From NCBI GenBank assembly GCA_035528715.1, contig DATKYB010000054.1, positions 131 to 64,130 on the forward strand: 64,000 nucleotides of DNA. The letters run 5' to 3'. Source of the stretch: Nitrospinota bacterium. Lineage in GTDB: Bacteria; JADFOP01; DATKYB01. Below are positions 62,042-64,000 of the stretch, piece by piece (position 1 is the first letter of the stretch; every line of letters begins with the position of its first letter). The translations under genes were made by a program, and so were the position numbers. Below the pieces are notes generated by a model. It ran no database searches, was not told where the DNA came from, and saw only the letters and a list, made by a program, of their open reading frames with translations.

Positions 62042-63133
62042 TTATCTTTTTTGTGAAAAAGATTGACCGCTTTGACCTTTTTCTATCATCGCCCTTAATT
62101 CATCAGGAATAGAAGACCTACCCATCGCATCTTCATACGTTATTAACTTCCTTTGATAAAGCTCGAACAAGGATTGATTTAAGGTTTGCATACCGAACTT
62201 CGCTTGACCGGTCTGCATCGCTGAATAGATCTGATGGACCTTGTCTTCTCTTATGAGATTTCTTATCGCAGGGGTAGGGATCATTACCTCCAGGGCAAGA
62301 ACACGCCCCCCTCCAATTCTTGGAATTAAGGTTTGACTTAAAACCCCTTCAAGAACAAAAGAGAGCTGAGCCCTGATCTCTGGCTGTTGATACGGAGGAA
62401 ACACATCGATAATTCTATTGATTGTCTGAGCACATGAATTGGTATGTAAGGTGCTAAAGGTGAGATGTCCTGTTTCAGAAATAGTCAATGCGGAGCCTAT
62501 AGTCTCTAAATCCCTCAACTCTCCGATAAGTACTACATCTGGATCTTCCCTCAGGGCAGACCTTAAAGCCTTATGATAATGAAGAGTATCGGCGTTAAGC
62601 TCTCTTTGATTCACAATACAATTTTTATGCTGATGGACAAACTCAATGGGGTCTTCAATAGTTACAATGTGTTCATGTCTTTCTGAATTGATCTTATCTA
62701 TCATTGCAGCTAATGTAGTAGACTTTCCGCTTCCCGTGGGTCCGGTTACAAGTATCAATCCCCGCGGTTTCTTTGTCAAATTCGCAACAATGGGAGGCAG
62801 ACCCAACTCTTCAAAAGAGAGAACCTGATAAGGAATAGTCCTGAAGGCTGCCGCAACAGCCCCTCTCTGCATAAACACATTTGCCCTAAAACGACTCAAA
62901 CCTTTTACGCCAAAAGAGAAATCTATCTCCTTTTCCTGTTCAAACTTCAACTTTTGAGCATCAGTTAATACACTATAACAGATTTCTTTTGTATCTGCTG
63001 GTGTTAAAGGCGGCATATCTAAAGGGACTAAAGCCCCATCAATTCTTAACTGCGGAGGAGACTTTATCGTAATATGTAGGTCAGAAGCTCCCTTTTCCAT
63101 CATTGTCTTTAATATCTGATGTAAATTTACCAT
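62042..63133 (-). CDS. pilT: Type IV pilus retraction ATPase PilT
   Basis: PilT N-terminal (ASDLHI) domain, Walker A GPTGSGKST, and His and Asp boxes. Confidence 0.9.
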   Translation of the reverse strand: MVNLHQILKTMMEKGASDLHITIKSPPQLRIDGALVPLDMPPLTPADTKEICYSVLTDAQKLKFEQEKEIDFSFGVKGLSRFRANVFMQRGAVAAAFRTIPYQVLSFEELGLPPIVANLTKKPRGLILVTGPTGSGKSTTLAAMIDKINSERHEHIVTIEDPIEFVHQHKNCIVNQRELNADTLHYHKALRSALREDPDVVLIGELRDLETIGSALTISETGHLTFSTLHTNSCAQTINRIIDVFPPYQQPEIRAQLSFVLEGVLSQTLIPRIGGGRVLALEVMIPTPAIRNLIREDKVHQIYSAMQTGQAKFGMQTLNQSLFELYQRKLITYEDAMGRSSIPDELRAMIEKGQSGQSFSQKR

Positions 63134-63157
63134 CTTTTCTCCTTCTATTCATTAATC

Positions 63158-64000
63158 TCAAAAGGTTACCCTTAAGACTTCTTCTATTGTGGTTAGCTCT
63201 TCTTTGATTTTCTCTAACCCACTCTTTCTTAAGGTTCTCATTCCGAGTTTCACAGCTTCCCTTTTAATGTCTATATCACTAGCGCCTTTTAAAATCAATT
63301 CTTTAATCTCTTCTCTAACCGGCATTACCTCATAGAGTGCAACTCTTCCTTTATACCCTGTGCCACCACATTGCTCACATCCTTTTCCCTTATAGCATTT
63401 TAGAGACTTTGCTTCTTCTGGAGAAAAACCAATATCTATTAATGCATTGGTTGGAACCTCTATCTTTTCTTTACAATTTTCACATATCCTTCTCACAAGT
63501 CTTTGTGCTAATATCATAATAACGGAAGAAGAAACAAGAAAGGGTTCAATACCCATATTCAACAATCGGCTTATCGTGCTTGGGGCATCATTAGTATGGA
63601 GTGTACTGAAGACAAGATGGCCGGTTAGGGCTGCTTTTACAGCTGTCTCTGCTGTTTCAAAATCCCTGATTTCCCCTACCATAATTATATCAGGGTCCTG
63701 ACGCAGAAAAGAACGAAGAGCTGATGCAAAATTTAATCCTATGCTTTCCTTCATCTGAACCTGATTAATTCCTCTTAAATTAAACTCAACCGGATCTTCA
63801 GCCGTCATAATATTCTTTTCATCATTGTTTATCTTATCCAAGGCACAATAAAGGGTTGTGGTTTTGCCGCTTCCCGTAGGCCCAGTTACTAAAATCATCC
63901 CGAAAGGACTGCTGATGGCTTTTTCAAACCCCTGTAGCTCGCTTTTTTCAAAACCCAAGTGAGTCATATCTAATAACAAACTGGATGGATCAAGGAGCCT
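63158..64000 (-). CDS. pilB: Type IV pilus assembly ATPase PilB (GspE family), C-terminal part only; the 5' end lies beyond the window
   Basis: Walker A GPTGSGKTTT and a tetracysteine motif (CENC...CEQCGGTGYKGR). The reading frame stays open to the window end (…RLLDPSSLL). Confidence 0.85.
   Translation of the reverse strand, partial: RLLDPSSLLLDMTHLGFEKSELQGFEKAISSPFGMILVTGPTGSGKTTTLYCALDKINNDEKNIMTAEDPVEFNLRGINQVQMKESIGLNFASALRSFLRQDPDIIMVGEIRDFETAETAVKAALTGHLVFSTLHTNDAPSTISRLLNMGIEPFLVSSSVIMILAQRLVRRICENCKEKIEVPTNALIDIGFSPEEAKSLKCYKGKGCEQCGGTGYKGRVALYEVMPVREEIKELILKGASDIDIKREAVKLGMRTLRKSGLEKIKEELTTIEEVLRVTF

Noticed and set aside
1-64000. Looked for CRISPR arrays, transposases, integrases and prophage genes
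   Set aside because: No regularly spaced direct repeats with unique spacers were found. No ORF has transposase (DDE), tyrosine or serine recombinase, or phage structural signatures. The only candidate mobile signature is the 37-bp repeat pair around the GC-rich dehydrogenase gene.

Overview
This 64 kb window is an AT-rich bacterial chromosomal segment, roughly one-third GC by eye. Almost all genes from about 8.8 kb to the window end are on the minus strand and tightly packed, often with overlapping stops and starts.

Recognisable content, left to right:
- An XRE-family HTH regulator and a SAM-dependent methyltransferase.
- A markedly GC-rich ALDH4-type 1-pyrroline-5-carboxylate dehydrogenase gene, bracketed by two copies of a 37-bp hairpin repeat; this looks horizontally acquired.
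- An archaeal-type 3-dehydroquinate pathway gene pair (ADH synthase and DHQ synthase II), a VOC/glyoxalase protein, a frameshifted methyltransferase with a TPR protein, an SH3b plus coiled-coil membrane protein, and pstSCAB.
- A LonC-like S16 protease whose Walker A motif is degenerate (GTGRTT).
- A complete dcw cluster: mraZ, a DHp-like ORF, rsmH, ftsL, ftsI, murE, murF, mraY, murD, ftsW, murG, murC, murB, ftsQ, ftsA, ftsZ. It continues with a B12-binding radical SAM gene, pgeF, yggS, proC, yggT, divIVA, a DUF167 gene and mtnA.
- A type-A RNase P RNA immediately upstream of mraZ, a COG1579 zinc-ribbon gene, a tRNA with anticodon CAU downstream of rpoD, then dnaG, mutS2, yqeY and rpsU.
- A leaderless super-operon rpmE-prfA-prmC-murA-hisDCBHAFI, then rho, a PAS sensor histidine kinase, and pilC, pilT and pilB (truncated by the window end).

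No CRISPR array, transposase or integrase is visible.

Notable non-coding signals:
- Three GTGGG direct repeats with 10-bp periodicity abutting the mraZ start codon, read as MraZ operator boxes.
- The same sigma70 promoter consensus (TTGACA, 17-nt spacer, TATATT) in front of the SH3b gene, mraZ and rpsU.
- Several perfect palindromes in promoter regions.
- An mtnA gene whose conserved N-terminus is encoded with no canonical start codon directly after the stop of the upstream gene.
- Two paralogous stand-alone DHp (HisKA)-like mini-proteins, one of which lacks the phospho-accepting histidine.

The ORF track translates TTG and GTG starts as M, so several listed ORFs are N-terminally over-extended. 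Starts were moved to internal ATGs where an SD or homology supports it.
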